From Mobula hypostoma (lineage: Eukaryota), in assembly GCF_963921235.1 (NCBI RefSeq), contig NC_086109.1, positions 20,958,001-21,022,000 of the forward strand: 64,000 nucleotides of DNA, written 5' to 3'. Each line of letters begins with the position of its first letter. Within the stretch, counting starts at the first letter, position 1. Made by a program: the position numbers and the translations under genes. Shown here piece by piece: positions 12,700 through 25,520 of this stretch. The notes under the pieces were generated by a model, which was not told the origin of the DNA, searched no databases, and saw only the letters and a list, made by a program, of their open reading frames with translations.

Positions 12700-14925
12700 G
12701 GTGTAGGAGAAGAATTAGGCCACTCAGCTAATGGAGTCTGCTCTGACATTCTGTCATGACTGATTTATTATCCCTCTCAACCCCAGTCTCCTGCCTTCTC
12801 CCCTTAACCTCTGACACCCCAAGAACTCATTAACTACTTTAAATATATCCAGTGACATGGCCTCCACAGCGTTCCCTGGCAATGAACACCACAGATTCAC
12901 TATAGGGTGGCTAAAGAAATTCCTCATCTATGGACATCTGAGTCTAGACTCCCCACCATTATACAAAGCATCCTCTCCATATTCTATCCAGACCTTTCAA
13001 TATTTGATGGGTTTCAATGAAGATTCACCCCTCATTCTTCTAAATTCCAGCAAGTACAGGCCCAGAGCCAAACACTCCTCACACTGATTCCAGGAATGAG
13101 TCATTGTCCTGAACCTCCTCTGGATCCTCTCCAATACTAGCACGACATTTCTTCGAAAAGAGGCCAAAAACTACACAATGCTCCAAATGTGGTCTGATCA
13201 ACACCCTGAAACCTCAGCATTATATCCTTGCTTTTATATTTTAGTCCTCATGAAATTAGTGCTAACATTGCATCTGCCTTCTCTACCACAGACTCAACCT
13301 GCAGGTTAACCTTTAGGGAATCCCACACAAGGACTCAAGTCCCATTGTACCTCTGGTTTTTGAATCCCCCCCCCACCCCCATATAGAAAATTGTCAATAC
13401 CAATATACCTTCTGCCAAAGTGCATGACTATATTACACTACTCAATCTGCCACTTATTTGTCCATTCTCCCAATCTATCCAAGTCCATGTACAGACACCC
13501 AGCTTCCTAAACACTACCTGCCCCTCCACTGATCTCCATATTGACTGCAAACTTGGCCATAAAGACAGCAGTCATCCAGAAAAGGCCCACTTTTTTCTGA
13601 CTACCTCTTACCAGTCAACCAATCTATCCATGCTAGTACCTTTCCTATAATACCATGGGCTCTAAGGTACTGCACATGAGGCTACTGAGATCAAAGGCCT
13701 TCAGAAAATACAATTAAACATCCACTGACTCCTTTGTCCTGTCTGTAACTTCAAGCAATTCAGATTGTCAGGCAAGAATTCCCCTCAAGGAATCATGCTG
13801 GTTTTGGCTTATTTTATCATGTGCTTCCAAGTATGCTGAAACCTTGGCTTTAATAGGCTCCAACATCTTTCCAAGCACTGAAGTCAGGCTAACTGATCTA
13901 TAATTTCCCTTCTGCCTCCCCCTCTTCTTGAATGGAGTGACATTTGCAATTTTCTTGTCCTCTAGAACTACTGCAGAATCTAGTGATTCTTGAGAGATTA
14001 CCAAGCCTCCATAATCTCTTCAGCTACCTCCTTCAGAACCCTTGATGCAATCAATCTGGTCCAGATGACACACATACCTTTAGAACTCTTAGCTTCCCAA
14101 GAACCTCCTTTGTAATATCAACTACACTTCTGCCTTGACACTCAAATTTCTGGCACACTGCTCATGTCTTCCAGTGAAAGCTGATGCATAATGCTCAAGT
14201 TCATCAGCAATTCTTTATCTCCCCACCACTACTACCTCTCCAGCATTTGGGTATCCACTCTTTCCTCTTACTTTATATATCTGAAGAAACATGTATCCTC
14301 TTACACTATTGGCTCTCCCCTTACGGCTTAGTTGCCTTCTGTCTTAAAGTTTCCCTACCTTCTAAGGCCCCCACTAATTTTTGCTCTATTATATGCCCTT
14401 TTGCTTTTAACTTGCATCTCTTGTGCTGTCCTTAACTTTCTTTGTCGTGGTTACGTCATCTTCCCTTCAGAATACTCCAGCCTTTGCTGTCATCCCTGCT
14501 AGTGTCCCCTTTCCAATCAACTTTGTCCAGCTCCCCTCCCAGTTCTGCAATTCCCTTCCATCATATGATCATTGCCTCCTAAGGATTAATCTACCTTTAG
14601 CTCCTAATCAAATTTGGTTCATTATACAACACCCATCTAGAATTATCTTTCCCCTAGTGGGTCCAAGCACAAACTGCTCTAAAAGCATCTAGTAGGCATT
14701 CTATAAATTCCCTCTTGGGAACCAACGCCAACCTGATTTTCACAATCTATCAGCATACTGAACTCCCTAATGACTATTGTAACATTCCCTTTTTACATGC
14801 CTTTCTATTTCCCATTGTAATTTGCACCCCACATCCTGGCTACTGTTTGGAGTCTTGAATACAACTCCCATCAGGATCTTTTTTACCCTTCCAGTTCCTT
14901 AATTCTACCCACAAGGATTCAACAT
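12700..14925 (-). mobile_element. Decayed CR1 LINE (endonuclease to 3' UTR, with deletions)
   Basis: KIANVTPFKK..GNYRSVSLTSVLGKMLE; endonuclease remnant near 14850; 3' UTR near 12700-12850. Confidence 0.85.
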
Positions 14926-15509
14926 GGGGGGTCCAACTGAAATTGCAGAAGAAAGGTCAATAGGAAAATTAAAATGACACATACAAAGCAAACAGGGCAG
15001 AGTGGGAGTATCCTGCAGTGAATTAAAGTCTCCAACTGCTAAGCAATTTTACTGAATTGAAATGACCCGAGGAGAAATGTTAGTGGGCACGGAGTGGTAG
15101 AACAAAGGGACTTTGATAGAGTGAGGTTATGTGGGGTTATGTTGGAGATAGCATCCAGGCAATGCTGTGGTAGTTGAAGAAACTAATTGAGAGCAGCTAA
15201 AGCAAGAACAACTAGTGAAGAGGGAACAGGTCTGAAGAGGAGAGCAGATGTCTGTGCATACACAAATCACAACTCAAATCTGTCTGTGCTTAATCTATAA
15301 CCTGCCACATTCATGCAATATCTTCAAACACGCCTGTTGTATCTACTATCCTAGTAGTCTATGCAGGGAACTCACCATTCTATTTGCCACACCAATCCCC
15401 TTAAATACCAACCATCCCCCACCTTAAATGTAAACTCGTGTCAATCTGATTGAGGGTTGAACTCATTTGTAGCTCATACTCTCTAACCAAGGAGCATCCC
15501 AGTCAGCCT

Positions 15510-16500
15510 TAAGACCATAAGGTATAGCAGAAGTAGGCAGTTTGGCCTATCAAGTCTGCACCATTCAATCATTGGCTGATCCAATTCTTCCAGTCATCTC
15601 TTCCCATACCCTTTGATGCTCTGGCTAGTCAAGAACCTCTCTACCTTAAATGCACCCAGCCACTTGTGGCAACAAAATCCTCAGATTTACCACCCTCTGA
15701 AGTAATTTCTCTGCATCTGTGATCTAAATGGATGCCTTCAAATCCTGAAGTTGTGCCCTTTTGTCCTAGGCTCCACTACCATGGAAATAACTTTGCCATC
15801 TAATCTGTTCAGGCCTTTAACATTCAGAATGTTTCTATGTGATTCTCCCCTTCCCAATTCTCCTGAACTCCAGGGTATACAGCCCAAGAGCTGCCAGATG
15901 TTCCTCACACAGTAATCCTTTCATTCCTGGAATCATTCTCGTGAACCTTCTCTGAACCCTTTCCAATGTCAGTATATAGTTTCTAAAACTAGGAGCCCAT
16001 ATCGGCACACAATACTCCCAAGTGTGGTCTCACGAGTGCCTTCTACAGCCTCAACATCACATCCCTGCTTTATATTCTATACCTCTAGAAATGAATGCCA
16101 ACACTGCATTCGCCTTCTGCACCACCGACTCAACCTTTAGGGTATCTTGCACAAGGACTCCCAACTTCCTTTGCATCTCTGCATTTTGAATTCTCTATCT
16201 AAAGAACAGTCTCCCTGTTTATTTCCTCCATCAAAGTGCATTTCCATACACTTTCCAACATTGCACTTCATTTGTACTCTAAAGCCACCACATACTTCCT
16301 GTAACGAGTTGATAGTTGCACAAAATACTCCAAATGTAGCTATAAAACTTTGGTTAGGCTGCAATACTTCCTTGTTATATGCACTGCCCTGACCAATGAA
16401 GAAAGCATACAATAAGCCAATACCACCCTGTCTACTATAGTCATTCACACTCAGTTACTTAGACCAAGGTGTTGCTCTACATCAGTACTCTGAATGCGCA
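15510..16500 (-). mobile_element. CR1 3' fragment(s)
   Basis: Reverse complement of YKALVRPHL, VQRRFTRMIPG, NVGKC..MHF motifs and the CR1 3' UTR. Confidence 0.85.
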
Positions 16501-16765
16501 TTTAAAAGTTTTCCCACCCTACTGCTGGAAATATCACAGGTCCATCCCATTTTTTCACCTTCTATTCAATGGATCATTCTGAACATCAAAATATCTTCCA
16601 ACTTTTTTCCTGCAACTCCTCAACTACCACCACCCTTTCCACACCATGTTCAGCTTTGCAGACAAAAGTAATCAGCAAAATAGTGCTGTTTCAAAGCAGT
16701 TTGGGAGACCAAATGGAGATTAAATATCACAGCAGAAAATCCCCATTTGACATTGTTGCTTAGTA

Positions 16766-17433
16766 CAGGTGCACATTCCTTTATCCGAAATTCTGAAATC
16801 CAAAAAGCTCCGAAAACCAAATTTTTTTGCTGACAGCTGATGTCACTCAGGTGTGACATGGCAGCACTAGCAGAGGCTGCCAGGCATCAGTTGTGGCTCA
16901 GTGCTCGTACTGGTTACATGTGCATTTGCTGTTTGCTGATATTTTGTGTTCACTGTTGACTGTGTTTAATTTCACTATGAAAATGTCAAAAACTGAAGTG
17001 TCAGAACTACCACTGTATATGATTTAACAGAACGACAAGTTACTGAAGTTTTATAGTGACAGTAACGTTCTACATTTATTCCAATAAGTCATTTACCAGG
17101 TGTTTGATTCGGTTCGTTTGAAGCTGTATATTTGTTTTATTGAATGTTTTTGTTGGAAATAAAATTTCTTCATGTCATTATTCCCCAAACAATACAGTAT
17201 AACATTTACATAGTATTAGGTATTAAGTAATCTAGAGATGATTTGAAGTATACAGGAGGATGTGCGTAGGTTTGGTGCACCGCTGGGTCCTAAACACTGC
17301 ACTGAGAGGTCAAATAAGGGGCATGAGCATTGGCGTTTTTTTGGTATGCGGGGGGGGGGTCTGAAATCCTTAAAATTCTGATTTCCAAAATGCAACTGGC
17401 CCCAAGGATTTCAGATAAGGGATTGTGGACCTG
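16766..17433. mobile_element. Tc1/mariner (pogo/Tigger-type) MITE, 668 bp
   Basis: TIRs CAGGTGCACATTCCTTTATCCGAAAT and CAGGTCCACAATCCCTTATCTGAAAT (reverse complement of the right end); TA on both sides. Confidence 0.9.
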
Positions 17434-17902
17434 TATATTGACAATTCATCCCAATTAATCTGTCACACAGCATTTCAAACGAACTACAGAGCATTCAACT
17501 AACAGTGAACAGTCTCACAATTGCTTTCATTTTCCTAGAAATACATCAATATTGCTGTTCACATCTGTTAATATTTCCTGGGTGATATAATCAAAATGTA
17601 AAGCACTTTTTGAATTGGCTTTTATCCCAGGCCTTCTGTTGCTCTTCCCTCCTGAGCTTTCATACCAAAAACTTAAGGAATTCTTTCTGATTTTAGCATC
17701 TAAGATTTGGCATTGTAAAATAATCTCATCCTCTCAATGGCCCATTAATGGTCTGGCTAATGATCTGCTCACTAGCACAACTTTCTAGCTGTGTTCCATC
17801 TGTTATTCAACATTCAATTTGACCATTTCAGACATTACAGCATAGAGTCATACACAGGAACAAATGAAGTAGGTCAAAATTTTACAGAGATACTCAACTC
17901 TA

Positions 17903-18076
<174 letters not shown>

Positions 18077-18140
18077 TTAATAATTGCCACGTGACTTTTC
18101 TGCATTAGTTACAAGATAACCTGAATAATAATGAACTTAC

Positions 18141-18261
18141 CCAAGCTGTCTGGACTATCAATTGAGAAACACATTAAAATAACATCGGTGTCTGGATAGG
18201 AGAGAGGTCGGAGTCTATCATAATCTTCCTGCCCAGCTGTGTCCCAGAGTGCAAGTTCAAC
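18141..18261 (-). CDS. RHOC: RhoC coding exon 2: [40 protein letters not shown](E)
   Basis: 121 nt, bounded by ttgcag| and |gtaagt. DTAGQ switch II motif. Size and phase typical of RhoA/RhoC genes. Confidence 0.97.
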
Positions 18262-18628
18262 CTGCAACACAATGCAATTTACTAACTGGAGCAAAAAAAA
18301 ACAATCCATTCTGTATTACATTATAAATACAGGCAAGTCAGCTCAACCATGGCAAACGGTAGTGGCAACAAAATCCAAACTTCATACCCAAAACTGAACT
18401 TAACCCAATTCCAGTCAACCTCATCAATATTAAACATCAACCCAAATTGTTTCTTAAGAAATCTTTGAGAATATAGTTAAGATGCCAATTGTTAGCAACA
18501 TTCAATGTATTATAGTTGGGAGCCAGAGATGTGCAGCATTCAACCACCAAAATATCAATTTTATATCCCACTTGATGTTTTACAATATACAACCATTATT
18601 AATTTAGGAAATCCAAAGAAAAAAATTA

Positions 18629-18871
<243 letters not shown>

Positions 18872-19232
18872 TCAATTAATGAAGACAACAATCTGAAGTG
18901 TGCCCTGGTAAGTACAAATGGTGAAATCTGGACTAAACTGAAGCATCGTGATATGGGGAAGATCAACTTAATGCTTCAGTGCAATAGAATAAAATATGTA
19001 ATTATTCACTCAAATCCCACGCTTTTTCCATAGCCAAGTTTGTGGATGATTAAATAGGGAGGTTCAATTGGAAACAAAATGAAAAGCATTCAATGGCTAA
19101 AGAAAATAGATTCTTGTAGAAATGGATGTTGCATCTAGTTTGATACTAGTCATAACTTACCAATACCATTTGTGGTGCTCCTTCCTCTCCCCCCACCCTT
19201 CCTCCAATTAGCCCAAGGTACAAGCAATGAGT

Positions 19233-19902
19233 TAATGGACCTCTGGTTAATTGGGACACATCAGGACCAGTACCTTTTGGCCCAATTAAGCAGCTGTCTA
19301 ATTAAAGTTTCATTGAAGATAAGCACACAACTGTTTAATGAGTTTTAAATGCATAAATTTTTATGAAATAGAGAACAATTAGAATACTATCAATACTTCT
19401 ACAGTAAGAACTGTGTTCCCAATAGAGGAATCTTTTGATTGACCAAATGAACAAAATTAACATACCTAGTGCAGATAATGTACTGCTTTTATGTTAAATA
19501 ACAAACCTCCAAATCTTAGTTTTCATAAGAGCATTCAAGATGATTGTAGATGCCTTCAAATTTTTTGCACTCCCAATTGTTTCTGGCACCAAGCCTGAAC
19601 ACTTGAAACTGTGGCAAATTGCCACAAATTGTGTTCCAACTTATTTCTCAATTATCAGTGACAAATCATTGCTTTTCGAACACATACACTATTCAAAACC
19701 GATTGCTCTGATCATGTAGCATGGAACAGCCACCCAAGCACAAGCAACAGATGTTAATTAGAAACTGTTCAGTAACAGTTTCCTGTCCCACTCAAGCAGC
19801 ATAGTTCTCAGATAAATGAAGGGAATGCCACTTTCTTGATATAATTTTTGTTCCTCAAGTTGTTCCAAATAAGCAGCTGACCCAATTAACAGGAATCCAC
19901 TA
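19233..19902. mobile_element. Tigger-like MITE (older)
   Basis: Imperfect TIRs ATGGACCTCTGGTTAATTGGG and CCCAATTAACAGGAATCCACT; internal CCCAATTAAGCAGC-type subrepeats. Confidence 0.65.
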
Positions 19903-22900
19903 CTTTGAAATACATTCTCCCATTACTAGATATGGTAGTCAATATGCACATCATGTCATACACAAGATAATGCCTAGATTAATAAAAATACTAGCCACTG
20001 GAACAGCACTGCGCTGGTGAATAGAATATTTCATACATGCAAAAAGAACTAAACAAATGTTTATCCTGCCAAGGTTACTAACCATAGGCCAAGGCAAAGT
20101 ATTACGCAAGTGGTGGGTTGAGAAGTGTTGCTGTACAAGAATCTGGATGCCCCATCACATAACTACATGCAGACATGCCAGTATCGCAAACAGTTAGAGG
20201 CAAACGGCACTATGTACTTGTTCGCAGACCTAATGTACAGGCACAGATGTCTTTCTACAAAGACAAGGCCATGAGTAGTTCTGGCCTCACTACTCAAGGG
20301 TCTATATGCCAGAAGGGCAGTAAGGATTCACCTGATTCTTTGGGGGGGGGGGGGGTGGTAGTAGCACCATCTCATTTGGGCCAACTAGGTTTTATTCACT
20401 GTAGTTTAGAATTAAAAGATGTCACAAGCATTCAAAATTCTGAAGAGTCTTGATAGACTGGATCCCTTTGCCTATAATAGGAGGAGGCTAGGACAATGAA
20501 GTATGACACATCACAAGCTTAAGACAGGGTCAAGCAGCCTCCTCCTGCTTTCATTCAGTACAATATGATAATACAGCACAAAGTTGCCAAAACTCTGAAG
20601 TGTCTGAAGCTGATCTTAAGACAAGCCAGACTGCTATCAGCCTACTTAAGACTGAAGATATGACTGAAAATTGTATTCAAGCGGGAGCCTTGGTGGCCAG
20701 GTTCCCCATGCTGGAAGCCACAAGACCCCTCACCAAATAGTTTGACAATTACTTTCCCCATCCTAATCTTATGTCATTAAGGCTTAAAGAATCAATGGCA
20801 AGTTTGTGCAACCTAAGTCTTTTTTAAAAAAGCCCACAAGCTACAAGTTTTCAGCAAATCCTATCCAAATGGGCATCAATTGGCAAGTGGACAAAATGAA
20901 AGCATTGTAAAAGTTCTGCATTCATAAAATGATTTGTCTAACAGTTTCCCTGTCCTCAACGTAGACAAGTATTGCAGAGAAAGGAGTAAACTAGTAATCA
21001 TTCTAAATTGAAATGCTTCAGCCACAGTGGGAAAGAAATACTAAGGCTTCTGACAGAGCCTACAGATTAGACCACAAAACATGCCAAGCCCAAGAGTAGT
21101 GTTCCCTTCTAACCACACCCACCAAGCTAAAATTCAAACTTCAGAGTCAGGAATGAAGAGTATATTTGTCAAGTTCCAGCTGTGAGTCAGAAACACCATT
21201 ACTTATAGGTCTTGGTTTGGAACAAATGTTGTGCTTCCTGTCAGGAGACTGAGGCCAACCAAAGAGGAAGAGGGAGGAACACCCATAAGTAGCAACAGGA
21301 ATACAACGTTTGTATATTGGTAGCCTCGTCAAACATCCAGGAAGTAATTTAGCTGTGTTCAGTTTGGAAAAGGAACAGGGCAAAGAAAAAGACTTTATCC
21401 AGAGGGATCATTGCCAATTGTTCATTTGGAAATTGTTACACCCTTAAACCAATTTTAAGGTACGTACACTGCAGACCCAACAATGCAGAAGTCATTTAGC
21501 CCTCACTCTACTCCAAGGTAAACAATAAGAATCACCTAGTCGTCCTTAATCATTTGCTGTGTGTTCAAAATATACCTAGGACTCATCCAAGTTAATGAAC
21601 AAGTTGAGATCTACTGGGAATATGAGAAGAAAATCTTTTGTAGATAGGGCAAACCTTAATGTGGCCTATGATGCAATTTCTGAAAGGAGCAACACAAAGC
21701 AAAGTACAATTGCATGCAGCTATTCCACATGCAAGTAATGAAAATACAGCTCAAAAGCAGTTAAATACCTATTAATCATTAACAAATTAGCATATGTCCA
21801 TTAATAACTTAAGTAACCTTCAAGTACCTTTAATGCTAAAGGTGCCACTGCTATTTAATGTGAAACAATCCAAACACACTTTGTACTTCAGTACAACACA
21901 AACTTGAGGGGGATGTTAATATTAGCTCCATGAAGCACTTAACCATATCCAGAGCACAATGCAATTTGTAGTCAAAGAACAGGGCCTAATTTTGGAAAGC
22001 AAATCAAATTAGTTTCAATAAAAGCCACTAGTGATTCTACTTTATGACAGAAATAGAACATGACAAAAGCACAGCAGGCACACAGTTGGATCAGCTAAAT
22101 CAGAATAGCTACCATAAGTTAATGAAACCAATAATATCCTGGATGTAGCTGATTTCAAACGGGCAATAACAAATGAAGTGTAGTAGTCATAACCTGCAGA
22201 CAACTACCTGCCATTCCACTGTCAGGGGCAATATTACTGTTTAGATATTGCCCGACAGCCATCCTACCATACAAGGGGCAACCCAAAGCACTCGCTCTCA
22301 ATGATGGTCTCCAAAGGTCACTAGTTTACCTTTGGATTCACTGCAATCCAGTTGGAAGTTTCACTCATTATCACAATCAAATAGCGAGATAGATCAGTAA
22401 TCTTGAAAAGCAGAACATGACAGATGGCTGCATCATGTTTCAGTTTTCCAAAGCTTTCTCTATCCACATGTTATGTCAGTCAAGATTAATGATTTACCTC
22501 ACCATTTTCCAGCAAGGAAGCCACAAATTTCAATTACTCGAATATCAAGAAATTGTAAATAAACCCAGCAATGAGCTCCCATTGGACCAAAGTAGAGGAT
22601 TCTTCAGAGTTGCAATCCAAGGGAAGAAATCTCTAGTGAAAATGGTCTACCTCTTGAATGATATTTGCTCATCCCATCTAGAAAACATCCTCCCTACATC
22701 CAACTGGCTGAGAATAAACAGATTTTTTCTGAAGATGTTTTTCTTCTCCAAATGCAGTATCATGTAAACATCAACTCTTCAGCATGGAGAAAGTGTTGTC
22801 AGTTGCTAATCAATTCCTACTTCTGGCAGAATTCATCACCAGAGCCATTGGGAGTATTCAACATTGAAGGAAAAGCAAATATAGCATAAAAATTTATTAA

Positions 22901-24824
22901 ACCCCAGAAGGAAACGCTGAATGAAATTTAATTCAGATGTTTGGAAAGTCCTTTGAAGTCCTACTTTAATGAAAACTATACAGCCTACCAGACTGGACAC
23001 AAAAGACAAAATTGACAGCCAGAGCAATACAGATTAATTGACACTCCATGAACACTTACTGCTGCACAAGAAAAAACAGTCATGTTATACAGGGAAATCC
23101 ATTTTTTGATACTCATTTAATAGACAGTTCAAAATTGTAGCACAATTTTGCCTCATTAGGTAGTACAATGTTACAAGGGACCAAACAGCTCACTGAACTG
23201 AATATTCCCATCCTGGAATAGATGAATAATGATTGTCCTCAAGAGAAAGTGCTAAACAATTTTTCTATCACTCCCTTTCTGGTTTGAGAGCTGACACTTG
23301 TATCAAAATTCCACTTAGCAAGTTGAAGGATAATGCACAACTATGAATACTGTAGCAATGGAACTTGATCTTGGATCAAAATTTGTGCCACCCAAGATGA
23401 ATTAAGTCAGTATTTTTGACCAGATTAAGCAATTTTAAGAAAGGAAATTGATCTTCCTCAACATACAGCAGAAAACTACATGTCATTGACTTGCATTTTA
23501 ACTATTAACCCATGAAGGACTGAAATCCTTTGAATAGTTGTTTTAGTACAAAGGATTTATTGGTTATCAAACTTTCAATAATGAATGGATAGATTTAATT
23601 AGTGAAATTCAAAACAAAGCAGCAAACTCAGCGGAAAAGTACTCATGATAAAGGAATTACTGAAATGTTATCATGAAAGTAAAACTAGAGTAATTGGAAG
23701 AAATGCCTGTTCATTTAGTCTCATAATGGAAAGGATGGCTTGTAGTCAGTGAAGCAAGCATTCACATGTGCACATGGATTCTAACAACTTTAGAATTAAC
23801 TTATTTGCAAATTCTCCACTTCACCATTCTTTTCCATGCCTCATGTACATACCAATGCCTTTCTGCAGGGATCATTAAGCTTAACAGCACCATTAAATAT
23901 CATGTCTTTCAAATATTCCTGATCCTTACCACATCCTTTCAAAAATTCAAGCTTTGCTTTCAAGGAATTACAAGAAACTCATTGTACACTTGAAGATCTG
24001 ATAAAAGGTGTTTTAGTTTCATGGTAGACAATATAGAACTAGCCAATACCAGAAACAAATTCTCATACAAGTCTTTTCTACAAAGTAGCTGGGTTCAATT
24101 TGAGCCAGTAAGAAAACTGTATTAAACAAACAGTTACACCTCTCCCCCTCCCCAACTCAAGACACTCATGCTGCATTGGTCACAATCTTTTATTGTTGCT
24201 ATTTCAGATATTTATATTGCTGCTTGTTTTATTTTAATGTTACTGGCAGTATTATGTCTTACATAAACAACCACCTGACACTGTCAACTTAATCTTCAGG
24301 CCAAGTCACTCACTTATGTTAATGTTGTGTGACAATGTTGTGATTGTAATATGTGCTATGTAAGTCACATACTGTTTTGCACCTTGACCACCAAGGAAGA
24401 ATGTTTTGTTCAGCTGTATATATGGGTATGGGTGAATGACAATTAACTTGAACAATGCAAGTCACATCTGATGGACAAACAGTTATGGTTCATGAAAGGC
24501 AGACCCATGTTGCTGTTCCTCCATTTTAAGTATTTCCATCATTTTATTCCTGAATAAAAGTACGACAGCAATAAGCTTCTATATCCGAAGCAATCAGTTA
24601 AAATGGGAGCAAATTCAAGCAACAATTTCTTCAGTTAAAACTGCAAGTGTGGAGCACTATTAGAAAAGTTTTAATGCCACTCCACTAATCAGCCTAAAGT
24701 AGTTTCTGGAAATTGAAAGCATAGTATGGTACACTGAACCCTGGAATGGAGACAAATTAGCACAACTTAAGCAAAGGAGAACAGGTCCAATTGATTAAAG
24801 GGCCCTTCCACAGTGAGCGATGGG

Positions 24825-24918
24825 GTCCTGCCAAAGGGTCTTAGCCCAAAACGATGATTGCACACTTTTCCATAGATGCTGCCTGGCTTGTGAATTCTTC
24901 CAGCATTGTGTGTTGCCT
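24825..24918 (+). mobile_element. Short Penelope-like 3' terminus fragment
   Basis: AAGGGTCTTAGCCCAAAACG...CATAGATGCTGCCTGG...CCAGCATTGTGTGTTGC. Confidence 0.75.
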
Positions 24919-25079
24919 AGGTATTAAGCAAGACAGGATTTGCATTATGTCTGTGCCCAAGATGTGTTTGCCAAGGTCTGTTGCACATACTTCGTCTCTA
25001 TCATGTTGCACATGGACCAGGCCTTCACTGTCAAAACCATGTGGTAGCTAATGGGAATGGTCAACCTGATGAGATGAGG

Positions 25080-25520
25080 ACTTTTGTGGGTCAGGATCAA
25101 CCATGGATGTTGCATCCTAGCTATCTAGATACGCAAGCCAGGCCAGTGCAATAGAGAGCAAGCTCCCCTTCTCCACTCATCTGATGAACTTAAAGCAACA
25201 GCAAAGACAGATGGGCAGTTTGGCACCAGCATTGCAAGTTGCCAGCCAGCACTGAACTCAATGTAGGACTGCCATGGGCACTCCAGCTCTTTCCCCCTCA
25301 GGGTTTATTCCTGAAGCATTCTCCATGAGTGGGCATTGCTGCAAGGCAGCAGAGGTTTGAGATCAGAGCTTTCCTTCTAGATGAGCTGCCAACCACAGCT
25401 GACAAGCTCCATCTGCCCAAGGTGATTGGTTTTAAGGCACCAGAGCCTCTTGTCAGAAACTATTCCGCCAGGCTTAGTAGCTAAGCCACCAGTGAAGACC
25501 AGGAGCTGTTGAACCATGAA
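25080..25520 (-). mobile_element. RTE-related non-autonomous repeat (tentative)
   Basis: Shares segments (CCATGGAT, GCAAGCTCCCC, TTGGCACCAG) with the tail of the SINE at 50374-50688. Confidence 0.5.
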
